From NCBI GenBank assembly GCA_000708835.1, contig DF237087.1:104016-168015 (forward strand): a stretch of DNA of 64,000 nucleotides, given 5' to 3'. The notes under the pieces are model-generated. The model was not told where the DNA came from, ran no database searches, and saw only the letters and a program-made list of their open reading frames with translations. The translations under genes and the position numbers were made by a program. The DNA is from Klebsormidium nitens. Its lineage: Eukaryota > Plantae > Klebsormidiophyceae. Positions 22,901 to 34,309 of the stretch are shown here, in pieces. How positions within the stretch are numbered: position 1 is the stretch's first letter; every line of letters starts with the position of its first letter.

Positions 22901-25900
22901 TTTCGTTGGCCAATGTATCCAGCTAGCGTCTTGCCGCCAGTGCGCTCACTTGGAACGTCTCGTCTCCTTTTACAGTAAAGCTGCTGATGATTGGTGGAGT
23001 CGAGAGCAATCCCGGACCTGCATCAGATGAGATGAGCCCGGACAGGGCCAGCCCGGCAGCGCCTGGCGGGCCCATCCCAGAAGATGACGTCAGCGCCGCT
23101 CGAGCTGCTCCCCAGCTGCCGTCCCTTGAGGTGAGCGAGCTTGAAGAGCCCCCATGTGACGGATTTTTTGCGCTTCTCCCCTTAACTGCCATAAGCTAAG
23201 GCCATCAGGGCAGAGAACAAGCGGGCCCTCCACCATAAGCTACAGCCAGATAACAAGCAGTCGCTTTTCAGTCAGACCTCCCAGAAAGGCCGAGTCGCTT
23301 TGTCAATCGTAAGTTTGTAAGTGTCTGCCATAGCCCCGAGCAGATTATTTGCTTGGCTTGGAAGCATTGAAGTATAGAACAGCCAGTGCAAATTGTCTGC
23401 CGGCCATGCCAACCGTTTCCTTGTGAGTGACAGCATGAGCTAGACAATTTGCAAGGCTTGGAAGCTCTTCAAGTATAGAACGGCCAGTGCAAATTGACTG
23501 CCCGCCATGCTGATCGTTCTTTCTCTGGAAGTCATAGCACGATCCAGATATTGACTGGCGGTCATGCCGGGTTGAAACATAAGCTTGTAAGTGACCGCAA
23601 AAGCTGCTTCTTTGCACCGCTTTGAAGCTCCAGAAATTGGAGCGGTCTGTTGCAATGAGTCTTGCGACCAGTCCATCTGCGTTTCACCCAAGATTGCACG
23701 TTTGATTACAGGACCTGATTGCCGAGGCACTGGAGGAAGCCCGGGAGAAAGATGGAGCGGGAGACGGGGGGGAGAGGCTCCTCAAGAGCACAGACAAGGC
23801 CAGCCGGCGCAGGTCGCGGAGGATCGATGACGATCCGGAGGAGGAAGGTCCGCAGTCTTTGCAAAGACGCAGGGTGGTTTTCCTTGAGGACGATGACGAG
23901 GAAGACGGTGGGGAAGTTCCGACGGCCCCGCCTCCTTCAACTGCGGAGGGACGCGAAGCTGAACCTACACAGGTGTGCTTTCCCCTTACATTTCTGCCTT
24001 TGAGCAGAAGTTTCTTGTGATTAGCGTCCGGGCAAGATTCCAAAATTGGAGCACGACCGTCTCTTGGGGCGCAGTCGCCGTACTCCTAAGTAGTACTGCA
24101 TGCACAGCCGCTCGCAAGCTCTTTTCGAAGTAGTATGAAGACCGTACTCTCGCTCGCCGCACAAGAAGTCTGTTGGGGCCTGTTTCGAGTGTCTTATTAC
24201 ACTCATATTGCTCTTGAATGCAGCCACCGGCGTCAGCTGCTGGCGGATCGGGGATGGTCGGTGGCCAGAAACGGTCTTCAGACTGGAGGAGCCCCATGGT
24301 CAACTCCAGAGCTGGTGCCAAGCCCAGATCGGGAGCTCCCAGGGAGGTGAGTAGGACCAATTGTCGTGCTGCGTCACTTTCGAGAGCAAATTATGCACGT
24401 GATGACTCTCTTGCTCCAACCGTGGTCGGATGCACTGTGCACATGCTCGTGCAAACGAGCATGTCGAATGCGGGTTGAATTTGGCTGGTTCTGACAGGCG
24501 GTTTGCCCAAACTAAGGCACGTTGGGGTTGCTGTAGGCTGGTTCGGAGCCGTTCCAACTCGATGCTGCACACGGTCAGGCCCCCAACCCGACGGCAGCCG
24601 GTGAGGAGGCAGAGGAGCTGACGCCGGCGGGCACCCTGGAGGCGGAGCCGACGCCGGCGGACAGACTGGAGGAGGAGCCGGTGCCACCGGATGAGGTAAT
24701 GTCTGCTGACTATCAGAGTTTGCGCTTATAGCAAGTGTGAGCACGATAGGCCAGAGCTGGGCCATAAACGTTACTTAGGAGAATCGGACAACCCAAATTG
24801 AGCACGTTATGGGTTGCACTACCAAGTTCACCGGCCGCTTTGCGCTCTCCAAGCCGCTCAGCAAGGAAGAGCGCGAAACTCTCCTGGCAATACAGCTGCA
24901 CCGTCATATCGAGGGCTCGCTGCCCCCGTACAAGGTCGCAGGAGAATTCGACGTGGCCCTCATTCATGATGACAAGCCTTCTTGTCAGTGCTCGAGATGT
25001 TTCGGGGCTGGTCCGTGTCCATCTTTTCCCCGCTATTGCCAATGGACGCTTTCTCCGAATGGCCGTGCTCTCGTGTGGGACGGAGGGGAGAAGTTCTATT
25101 GCTACCTGGGCTGGTTGAAGTATCTGATGTCACACTTTTTTCTGCCTTGGGGAGTGCAACTGAAGGGGACTGTCAAATGGCGTGGCGATGATAAGAGTGA
25201 TCGTGGCGTGATTGAGATTCATGATAACGCGATCAGTGCGCATGCCATCCCTTGACGATGTGGAGGGTCTTGGCATGTGACTTCTGCGGCGTGCCTTACC
25301 TTGCTGACCTCTTCGTGTGAGTGTAGTTTCCGTGTTCCGCTGTGGTTGGACATTCCGTGTTTTCCCTTGATATAACCAACGGGTCATCTCTTCTTTGTGT
25401 GGGGGCCTTTTGACTATTCTGAGGGGGTTTCGTGACGATTGCTCATCTTTTGCCCCGTGTCTATCATTGCAGGAGGATAGGGGCCGGCCCGTCGAACGAA
25501 GCGCAGAAGAACGGGCTGCGCAGCGAATGTCAACGTCCGTCGGCCCTGGAGCGCATAAGGGCAAGCATGCTGCCAAAAAGAAGCGCAAGTGAGTTCGTCT
25601 GATCCTCCTTTCGGCCTGTGTTCCTGTTGGCCTCCTTAAAGGCTGTTGATTGCCCTACGTGTAGCAGAACCGCGTTCTGAGATAACGGTAAGTGTTCTGA
25701 AAGAAGGCGTGGCTCCTTTAACGATGTTTCTAAGTCCGTGTTCACGTCCGATGAGACTATAAGGCCAGGAACCGTGTTCGGTTATGATAGTGCAAACCCT
25801 GACGACCATGCCAATCCTTGCCTCCGAGCAGATTCTTTGCACGGTTTTTTGAGTCTCTTAGTAAAGACCAGTGGGTGCAATTTGTCTGGTGACCATGCCG

Positions 25901-28900
25901 GCCGGTTTGGACGACATCTTGTAAGTGACGGTAGCGATCAAGCAGATAATTTGCACGGTTTTTGAATCTATAAGTAAAGACCAGTGGGTGCAAATTGTCT
26001 GGCGGCCATGCCGACCTGTTTCCGGCTCCCAAGTTGTAATTGAACGCATGAACGAGTCAATCTGCCTGGCTCGGAAGCACTAAAGTATAGAAGAGTAGGT
26101 GCAGATTGTCTGGCGGCCACTCCGACCTGTTCTTCAACGGCAAGTATCAGTCAACGGGTTGTGTCAACTCTGTTTATGCAACTTCTCGTCTGAGTCCGAG
26201 TCCGCCCTCCATTTGCAGGAAGAAAGCGCAGCCTGCTGCCAACGTGGACCGGGAAGCAGCAGCAGAGGCCGTTGCATCCCACCGACGGACTTTGGAGAGT
26301 CTCACCAGGGTTGCAGGGGTTGCCACAGTGTCCGCTGCCGGTCAGGGCGCTGGGCAACCCCCGAGGCACCAGACGGACATGCGCGACTTTGCTCCGCTGC
26401 CGCCAACTACTCCAACGGTAAGGATGCAAAGCTTGTGCAGGGATTGATCAGACCGTTGACCAGTGCTCACGAAGTGCCATTGCGCCTTTGCAAACTTGGA
26501 TGTACAAACTATGCAGACGCGACACCTTATGCGACATTCATTTGATGTGTCTGATCGATGTGTCCAATCGACTCTGGAGCAGATACACAGCGTTGAACTC
26601 TGATCCGGTTTGCTTTTTGGCACCTAGCTTTGGCCTTTAGCTTTGGCCTTTAGCTTTGGCAGACACAAAAAGAGGAGGCAGGGGCCGTCGGGGCTGATGA
26701 TTGAACAGTGTATTCCGGCTAGCCACCAAATGCTCCCCTTGCTTGCTTTCATCTACCGAATGTTGAGTTTGCAGCTTCGTTCTAAACGATGGATTCTCGT
26801 GTGCAGCCTTTGGTGACTGCCGCTCCGATTCCGAACGTGGGTGAGCTCCACATACGTGTGCAAGAGAAGTGGGCAGCGGACGCGGCCGCCGCGCAAGCAG
26901 AAAGGCTCAAGGTGTACGGACGTCAGCGTCCCCTCGGTCAGCACACCCGGCCGGTTGGAAACGAGCAACCCGTAGCGGACCAGGCCCCCTCTGAGCCCCT
27001 CTCCAACCCAAACCAGTCCCCACAGTCCCCTCAGCCCACTCAGCCCCTCGCACCTTCGGATCAGCCGTCGGCATGTGCAATTGAGGAGCCTTCTGCAGCG
27101 GATGATCAGCCCAACTCTCCGGGCCAGTTCCCTACAGAGCCCTCGAGCCAGCCCTCTAGCCAGCCCTCTGCTCCAGACGCCCCTCTTTCGCTGCCTGCTC
27201 TGGAAGACGAGCCCGGAGCGCCGGATCAGCCAGGCCTCCCCGTGGACCAGCCCACCATTGGAGGCGGAATGCGAGACGGGCGTCCGGGCGGCGCTTCGGA
27301 CCAGCCGGGTCCTGCCCTGGGGGAGCCCGTCGCGGCCGGGCTTGAGCAGCCCTCTACTGGTGACGAGCGCCCTGCAGCGGACAAGCCCGACCCGCCCGAC
27401 CAGCCCAACCAGCCCGACCAGTCTGAGGTACGCATACTTAGGGATTACTTGCTCCATAAAAAGCACACATCTGGACTCTACCATGGAATCCCCAACAAAA
27501 AGCACCTTTTGCCGGGCATCCGGAGTCAGCTTTGAGGGGCGTCAGGCAGCCGTTCGAATGTTGCGACCTGGACAGCCCTTGGCTCTTGTTAGAGACTGCG
27601 ACAACGAGCACGATCCTCATGCTATTGCCATTTATACTGGGGACGAGCAGTGGCTGTCGCTAGGATACATAGGTCGAGACACCAATCGGAGCCAGGCCTT
27701 TGAATTGCTTCTTGCTGGGCAGACATTGCCCGCTGTAGTGCACAGTGTTGGCCAGGGTTATTCGGGATTCTGGGGTTTTACTTTGCGCGTCTGACTAGTT
27801 TGAAGCTTGACTTCCTGAAGCTCGACCGCTCACGTTGATTTCCTTTCCGACGGCCCAACTTTCATCGTGTACCATGCTTTTTGATTGGAGTTTAAGACCA
27901 GTCACGTTGATCTGTAGAACAAGATCTGATGAAGTGCCACTGTGTTTGTTGCTTCGACCTGCGTTCATGTCGAATCATTTCTGACATCTGATCCGCTCTC
28001 TTTCTTGCAGGCGGAGGAAATGGGCCCATGCGATGCGCGCTGGTGTTCCAAGCTGGTCGCGGCGCTCGAGCACATGCAAGCTAACGGGCACAAGATCGCT
28101 GTGGCAAAGGACGTCCACGCTGCTGGCGCGAAGTCGTTCTCGAGCTTCAAGGACTTGGAGTCCCTGGTTGCGTATCGCAAGCAGCTCGGCAGCAGAGCTT
28201 TCCTCAACGAGGTCATCCTCGATGAGGCATGCTGGCGCATCTACTTCGACTTTGACTACAAGGGCGCGGCTGAGGACCCCGACGACTTTAGCAGGCGGCT
28301 TGCCAGCTTCCACCAAGTCAGGGACCAGTTCTTGAGCTCGGTCCTGCACGTCTCTCCGGCGGCCGCCAGCTTCCAATCGAGCGAGGCACACGGCCCCATT
28401 CCCTCGGGGAGTGGCTTTAAGTACAGTGTCCACGAAGTGCTGCGGGGCTACCATCTGAAGGGGTTAGAGGCGAGGAGGGCGTTCGGAAAGGCGTTCGAGA
28501 GCTTTCTTAACGACCCCCCGGACGATCTAAAAGTGAGCGTAGAGCTGCTTAGGAAGGACGGCGGCTCCGACTACCTCTGGGACGCTTCCGTTTATAGCAA
28601 GAACCGGTGCTTCAGGATGCTCCACTCCTCAAAGCTTGGGGACCCTTTCCGCTCTCTCGTTCCCTCAGAAGGCAGCTCCCCCAAACTCGCCGACCACCTG
28701 GTTTGTCTCTACTCGGAGGAGGAGCTGCTAATCTCCACGGAGCTTGATGATGCTGGCCTCCTCAATCCGTGGGCGTCCCCCCAAACGGCAGCCCCTGCCG
28801 CCCCTGTCCCCACCTCCCGTCAAGGAGCCTTCCGGGAGAGGGCTCTGGACATTGACGAAGCGTCTACTTCACGGGGGCTGGAAGAGGGCCTCAGCGAGCA

Positions 28901-31900
28901 GGAGGAGCGCATCCTCCTCGGTCGCTACCAGGAGGACCACCCAGGTGCGGAGGTCGACCGGGTGGTGCAGGAGCGGCCGGGGCTGTTCTTCGTGCACTTC
29001 CGCGCCCCCGAACCGACGTGCTGCATCGCGGGCAGGCGCCACTCTTCCTTGGGCAACCAGAACCCGTACCTGATCTATAAACGGAACGAGCCGCGGGTGG
29101 CCCGCTACCAGTGTTTCGCGAATAGCTGCAGGTAGGTTGACTCTCGAAGTCCTTCAGGATGGAAACGTATCAAAACAAGTACTGCTTTGCAGGATGTGGA
29201 AGTTGGGCACTCGGAATGGTCGCTCCATTGAGCCTTTGGACGCTTCGCACCACTATGCTGGCCGACATTCGTCAGCGTAGCCTTGTTCAAGTAGGGGATA
29301 GTGACAAACCGTGGTTGAATGATCAGGCTGGGTTCATTTCGTTAGTATTCGTAGGCTCTCTTTCAAGCGGGAAACTGTCCAGACTCACGGGCCAGACAAT
29401 TTGCACCCACTTCTCTTTACTCTAGAGTTTCAAAGCCAAGCAAATAATCTGCTCCCCACAATCAATTACAAGTTCTGGTTTGATTTGAAAGTTCAACCGA
29501 CTTTGTGTCCAAGACAATATGCATCTACTTCTCTTTACTTTAGAGTTCCAAAGCCAGGCAAATAATCTGCTCCCTGCAATCAGTTACAGACTTTGTTCGG
29601 TTTTCGAACCGGCTTGTGGGGGGCTTTTGAAAGCTGCCACCGGCTGTGGCTCTTTTGGCTCTTCTGCTTTTCGCCATCAACGAGAGTGTGGTGAGATTGT
29701 CGCCCAGGAGATCTGTCAACCTGCGCGCATTTCACATTAAGGCAAAAGTCGTGAGCATGCTTTACTCCGTTTGTGCAGGGGCGAGTGCCGTGTGCTGCCT
29801 CTGGACATGCAGACCATCTTCGGCTGGACGGAGGACTACGAGGACAACATGCGCATGCAGCCCTATCCAGTCTTCGGGCTCGAGAGGGTCCAGAAGCGGA
29901 CCATCCTGGTCTCGGCCAAGAAAGGGGTTGGAAAGTCCAAGGCTTTCATCAAGTGGCTGATTGAGATGGTCAAGAAGAACCCGGAACTCTCTTTCATTCT
30001 GATCGGAGCCAATATCTCCCTCTCTCGCAAGTACTACCAGGATCTTGTTGATGCGGGCATCGAAGGCGTGGTGCTTTACCAGGAGGCGCCGCCTGGAAAG
30101 ATTGAGGCGGCGCGCGTTGTCTGCTGCATCAACAGCATCCACAGAGTCCGTGCTGGCATGGACATAGTCGGTATGGACGAGATGGACATGGTGCTCACGA
30201 ATCTCAACTCGGAGGTGATGAGCAAGCGGAAGCAGGTGCTGTCGTGCTTGGAGGCGGACGTGGCATCGGCCCGGGTCGTCATCGGCATGGACGCCAACAT
30301 CGACTGCGCGCGGGTGATGGAGTACCTGTTCATGGTGCGTCCGGATGCGGCCCTCTACACCATTCGGAACACTGGGCTTTACCCCGCCTCGAGACGTGCG
30401 ACCATTCGGATCTTCCCACCCGAAAGCTCCATGCTGGCCTGCGTCGACACCGCAGCACGAGATGTCCTCGATCGTGTGGCACGAGGCGTGAAAGTTGTGG
30501 TGAGCCCCATAGTCCGAGGTAGCCCTTCCGTTGACAAAGTTGGAACTCTGTTTCGCTGCTACCCCCCTTCTCTGCTGCTAACCAGCCTCCTAACCAGCTC
30601 TTTGCTGCTAACCAGCCTCCTAACTAGCTGTTTGCTGCTAACCAGCAAGCTAACCAGCTGTTCTGCTGCTAACCGGCCAGGCTTTTGCTACGAATCCTCT
30701 ATTTTATCGTGAACCAACTGCTTACACTGGAATTGCTTCTAACCCTCGGACTGGGTTGGCTTCAAAGACGTCAAAGAAGGCGTTCAAAGCTGCCCATGCC
30801 GCAGTTGCATGGTCCTGGTCTTGGCTGTTGGGTTTGAAATCGTGTGGTTCGACTAGACGTTTTGACTCACGAGATCTGGCCAGCTACATGAGTCGAAAGG
30901 GAAAATCAAAGCACAGAGTTGCGCCACGCAGTCGACTCTTGACAACTTGAGTTCCTAACACTGAGTTCCCTTGTCCAATGCAGAGCCCGTCCACGACTAA
31001 GCGGTACGTCAAGCATCTCGAGCACTTCTTTCTGGAGGAGAACAAGCCGTCTAAATCAGACCGGCAGGGCATATTCCTTCACGCCGACAAGAAGTCCAAG
31101 GAGGACGAGGACTTCTTTCGTCGGGCAATGGCCGACCCCGACAAATACCTTGAGGCTGACTGTGTGGCCTTCTCTCCCAAGTTGGGGCCTGGTGTCTCGA
31201 AGGAGAGGGCTTATGCGGAGGAGACTGTCGCTTTTGCTCTGAACAGTCTGCACGGCCCCACCGTCGAGACCTTGCTTCAGCAGCACGCCCGTTTTCGCAC
31301 GGTTACCGATTCAACTATCTATTACAAGCAGATTGTTTCCCCCGTTGTTGACCTGCCAAAGACCACAGAGCACGTGTTTCTAGCAATTGAGCGTGATGAT
31401 AAGCAGCTTGCAAAGATGCTTGGAGACGTTGCTAGCCTGGATTTTCTAGAGGGTTCCCGAGCTGTCTGTGATCGCTCGTCCGCCAGCTGCGTGCTCTATG
31501 CAAACAATATCCTGGCAAAGGTGGAGAGCTATATCCAGTATATCCCGAAGCTGAAGGCGGACCTGGAAAGGCAAGGGTTCCAAGTGTCGATCGAGTATAT
31601 CGAACCTCAGGTAAGAGCTTGATGAACCCGAGGAAACCAAACCCGGGTTGCAGCTAGGCGCTCTTGTTGGCAGACAGTCTGTTGCACGCCCACTGATTCC
31701 TTCTGCTTGAGAGTGTTCTTGAAGCTTCTGAAGCGTGCTTGATGTAGCCTGCTTCAGTGCCTGCTCTGCTCGAATGCCTGATTGCTTGCATGTCTTGGGC
31801 GGAATGCATCTATATCTTTTGTCAGTATTGCGTACCTTTTGGCTTCAAGTCAGTCCGCTTTTGAAAACTGTCTGATCCATCTCAATCCAATTTCAGGTAA

Positions 31901-33125
31901 AGGGCGCCCCTCCTTCGGAGATACCTCCTGGTTTTGACGAGGGAGACAACCTCATAAGCGACGAGGCCTGGCGGGAGAAGTACGTCATCACTTCTGGCGC
32001 ATATGTGGAGCTGGTCGAGAAGGACGAAGATCCGAGAGAAGACCTGGACGAGAGACAGAAGGTGCAGAAGTACTTATACGAAATGATTCGGTTTTACAAG
32101 GTTGACCCACGCCGTGTCGATCACGCCTTCTACGGCCTATATTGTGCGGACTCCGAGGACGTGAAGGCAACCAAGCAACAGTACGTCAACTATCTTATGT
32201 AAGTCCACAATCCGTCCGCTCGGAGAATTATCTGTAAGCAAACTGGCACTATGCTTGGTCGGCTTTTGCTCTCCGTAGCCAATCAGTGTTCAGTTTAGAG
32301 TCATTCTTTTTTGGGACTTGATTGTTGACCAGGCAGATCGGAATAAAGCTCACATTGTACGTCGCTCAAGCTTGAGCCCTTCAACCTGCACGCATTGCGT
32401 TTTTCGATCTTTCCTGTTTCCGTGTCGATACTCGTGAAGCGAGTCAAGGAGCTGCGTAGAGAGTGTAGTACGCAAACGGTCTTTTCATCCTCTTGCAACC
32501 TTTGCAGTGCGCCACCAGTTTGCGGATCTTGCTTTTAAGGGTGATACTACAGAGCCCTTCTCTTCTTTGCAGCTTCCGAGGGAACCGATTTGACGACCTT
32601 GCAATGGGGCTCGACACCGCTCTTCTGAAGGCCGACAGGGAGGGCGTGACCCAGGAGTATGTGAAGGAGGTCCGCAAGCCCGAAAACCGCGTGCTTTTTG
32701 CTGTGCGTGTGTTGGCGTCGCTGCAGGGTTGCAACGAGCCTGAGCTCGACCACGAGGCAGAGCGGTGGGAAGTGTCGGAGGAACGGGTACAAGCAGCATA
32801 CGTAAAGTATATCGGGGTCAGCGAGCAGCGGCGGAAGACCATATTCAACATGTACAACTTCGTGCAACAGACGAAAAGAGCTTCGAAGTCGAAGAACGGG
32901 AAAGAAAGCAAGCATTGGGGCCAGAAGCGCAATGCTGTATTGAACGTTCTCTTTGCAGGTCTGGGAATTAGAATGGAGGAAAGGGGAAGAAAGAGCAATG
33001 GAATATACCGATCTCCCCACGTGCTTACGCCTGGACCATGGAAGGAGGTGCACTCACGGTATGGCGTGCTACCCGAGAGGCAGTTTGATAGGTCTGAGGA
33101 GGTTTGTATGATCGTACCACGGTAG
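19935..33125 (+). CDS. Header gene B: header + Zn knuckle + 2A-like motif + low-complexity linker + AEP primase + UL9-like SF2 helicase (16 exons, ~1979 aa if fully spliced)
   Basis: Exons 19935-20225, 20724-21240, 21910-22056, 22197-22316, 22751-22816, 22976-23130, 23712-23972, 24224-24346, 25473-25588, 26219-26417, 26807-27427, 28011-29131, 29779-30499, 30984-31610, 31897-32198, 32573-33125. All are GT-AG and phase-compatible, summing to 5940 nt. The 26417->26807 junction is the least certain. Confidence 0.6.
20470..20640 (+). repeat. Hairpin-unit repeat array (intron of B)
   Basis: Core GATTATTTGC..AGTATAGA..GTGCAAATTG.CTG..CATGCC. Confidence 0.75.
21516..21770 (+). repeat. Hairpin-unit repeat array x3 (intron of B)
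   Basis: ATTTGCCTGGCTT..AAGCCAGTGCAAAT units. Confidence 0.85.
23335..23500 (+). repeat. Hairpin-unit repeat array x2 (intron of B)
   Basis: Same core sequence. Confidence 0.75.
24809..25255 (+). CDS. Intronless 148-aa phage/giant-virus-like hypothetical protein, nested in an intron of gene B
   Basis: MGxTTxFxGxF..L start, and CQW..LxWDGGEKFY.Y..WL.YL...F.L.G.V.W.G.D..D.G.I, a pattern I recall from phage/NCLDV hypothetical proteins. Lies between donor 24347 and acceptor 25472. Confidence 0.7.
   Translation: MGCTTKFTGRFALSKPLSKEERETLLAIQLHRHIEGSLPPYKVAGEFDVALIHDDKPSCQCSRCFGAGPCPSFPRYCQWTLSPNGRALVWDGGEKFYCYLGWLKYLMSHFFLPWGVQLKGTVKWRGDDKSDRGVIEIHDNAISAHAIP
25750..26125 (+). repeat. Hairpin-unit repeat array x3 (intron of B)
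   Basis: CAGATAATTTGCAC..GTGCAAATTGTCTG units. Confidence 0.85.
27483..27794 (+). CDS. Stand-alone HIRAN domain protein (103 aa)
   Basis: ASGVSFEGRQ..L.PGQ.L.LVRD.DNEHDPHAIAI..LGYIGRD is the HIRAN signature. Lies inside the predicted intron 27428-28010. Confidence 0.8.
   Translation: MESPTKSTFCRASGVSFEGRQAAVRMLRPGQPLALVRDCDNEHDPHAIAIYTGDEQWLSLGYIGRDTNRSQAFELLLAGQTLPAVVHSVGQGYSGFWGFTLRV
28011..29131 (+). CDS. AEP-superfamily primase (PrimPol/herpes-NCLDV type) exon with C-terminal Zn-binding motif
   Basis: LNEVI..RIYFDFD (DxD), KYSVH, WDASVYSKNRCFRM..SSK, and C..RRHSS..N..Y..YQCF..C. Confidence 0.85.
29385..29590 (-). repeat. Hairpin-unit repeat array, reverse orientation (primase-helicase intron)
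   Basis: CAGACAATTTGCACCC..CAAATAATCTG units. Confidence 0.8.
29779..33125 (+). CDS. UL9/origin-binding-protein-like SF2 helicase exons
   Basis: Walker A SAKKGVGKS, VCCINSIHRV, Walker B MDEMD, VIGMDANID, FSPKLGPGVS and VETLLQQHARFR. The motif GVKVV|SPSTTK is rebuilt across a splice junction. Confidence 0.8.
30570..30680. repeat. ~30-bp tandem repeat (tgctgctaaccagcctcctaaccagct) x3-4 in a helicase intron
   Basis: Visible directly. It explains the spurious LLLTSLLTS tail of ORF 29771. Confidence 0.85.
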
Positions 33126-33344
33126 ACTTTAAATGCTGGTTGGAGTTGATTGAAGGATAAACTTCCGTGTAAAAGTCGTTTTGCGGCCACTTGTGTATGC
33201 TCATGCTCGGACCGGTTTCCGATGTGGCTCTTGCCGTCCACCACTTCCAAATGGCATTTAAGTACGGTTGCTTTGCACGGGCCACTCCGTAAGTAATTGA
33301 TCTATATCCGAATGCAATTTAGGGCTGACGAAATTAGCTACGAC

Positions 33345-33670
33345 TGATGGAACCGCAGTGACATGCCAGCATGATGCCAGTCAATCTGCACTGGCCGTTT
33401 ATACTCCAGAGCTTCCAAGCCAGGTAATAATCTCGTTCACGCCATCAGTTACAAATTGAAAAAATACCGGCATGTCATGGTGCCAGTCAATTTGCACTGG
33501 CCTTCTATACCCCAGAGCTTCCAAGCCAAGCAAATAATCTTGTTCACGCCATCAGTTACAAATTATAAACATACTGGCATGTCATGGTGCCAGTCAATTT
33601 GCACTGGCCTTCTATACTCTAGAGCTTCCAAGCCAGGGCAAATAAACTGGTTCACGCGGTCAACTACAAG
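33345..33670 (-). repeat. Hairpin-unit repeat array x3, reverse orientation, ~109-bp period
   Basis: GCCAGTCAATTTGCACTGGCC..GAGCTTCCAAGCC..GTTCACGCCATCAGTTACAA. Confidence 0.9.
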
Positions 33671-33755
33671 TTGAGAGTCGTGCAATTGTGCGCTGTGAGT
33701 TTGATCTGCGCAGCAATTGATTTTCCAGCCGTATTGTCAATAGAAGACTCTCAGC

Positions 33756-34268
33756 ATGGACGTGATCCTTGACTTTCAGCCACGTGATCAGGTTGCTATT
33801 GCTGAAATGGATCGACGAACACTGGAGTCGGTGAGGCTTGCAATAATACGCACCCACACTGAGCTTGGCATCTTAAGTACTATGCTGGACGTTGGAACTT
33901 TAGCTGGCTCACGAGCCTTGTGTAGGCCGTTCAGCTTGAAGCACATATGTCGAAAGGTTGTACGTTCATTGAGAAACGAAGGTTTTGAGGCAAGTTGGGA
34001 TCGAACCAACCTTTTCGGGAGTCCGTATATGGTATATGTATCATGGACGAATGCGTTGAAACGAACCAAACGGACGAGAAAAGAACGTCGATCACATCGA
34101 AGTGAGAACGCCCCGCTTTTGAGTGATCACAGAATTCATGAGCTGGAAAGTGGATTGTTGCCGCCTTACGCTAGCCGTCTTTGGGATGAAAATTCCGAGG
34201 CCATGGATCTCAATCTCGATGCACTTGTCAACCCATCAAAGGTTCGTAAAGTGACCATCGTAGAGTGA
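33756..34268 (+). CDS. Intronless hypothetical protein, 170 aa, possibly NCLDV-like
   Basis: Clean ATG ORF. ICRKVVRSLRNEGF..YMVYVSW resembles the L..NGF.V..L.ISW ending of a conserved NCLDV hypothetical family (from recall). Confidence 0.5.
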   Translation: MDVILDFQPRDQVAIAEMDRRTLESVRLAIIRTHTELGILSTMLDVGTLAGSRALCRPFSLKHICRKVVRSLRNEGFEASWDRTNLFGSPYMVYVSWTNALKRTKRTRKERRSHRSENAPLLSDHRIHELESGLLPPYASRLWDENSEAMDLNLDALVNPSKVRKVTIVE

Positions 34269-34309
34269 ACCATGCAGCTTTCGAATTTGCTGTTGTACTG
34301 TTAAGATGC

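Noticed and set aside
25750-26125. Repeat-spacer-like arrays as CRISPR
   Set aside because: Units are ~110 bp and degenerate, the linkers are mutually related (ttgtaa.tga) rather than unique, there are no cas genes, and the context is eukaryotic introns.
26625-26660. 13-bp microrepeat (tagctttggcctt) x3
   Set aside because: Simple slippage repeat in an intron with no further structure.
26753-27505. 250-aa minus-strand ORF
   Set aside because: Antisense shadow of the P/Q-rich exon.
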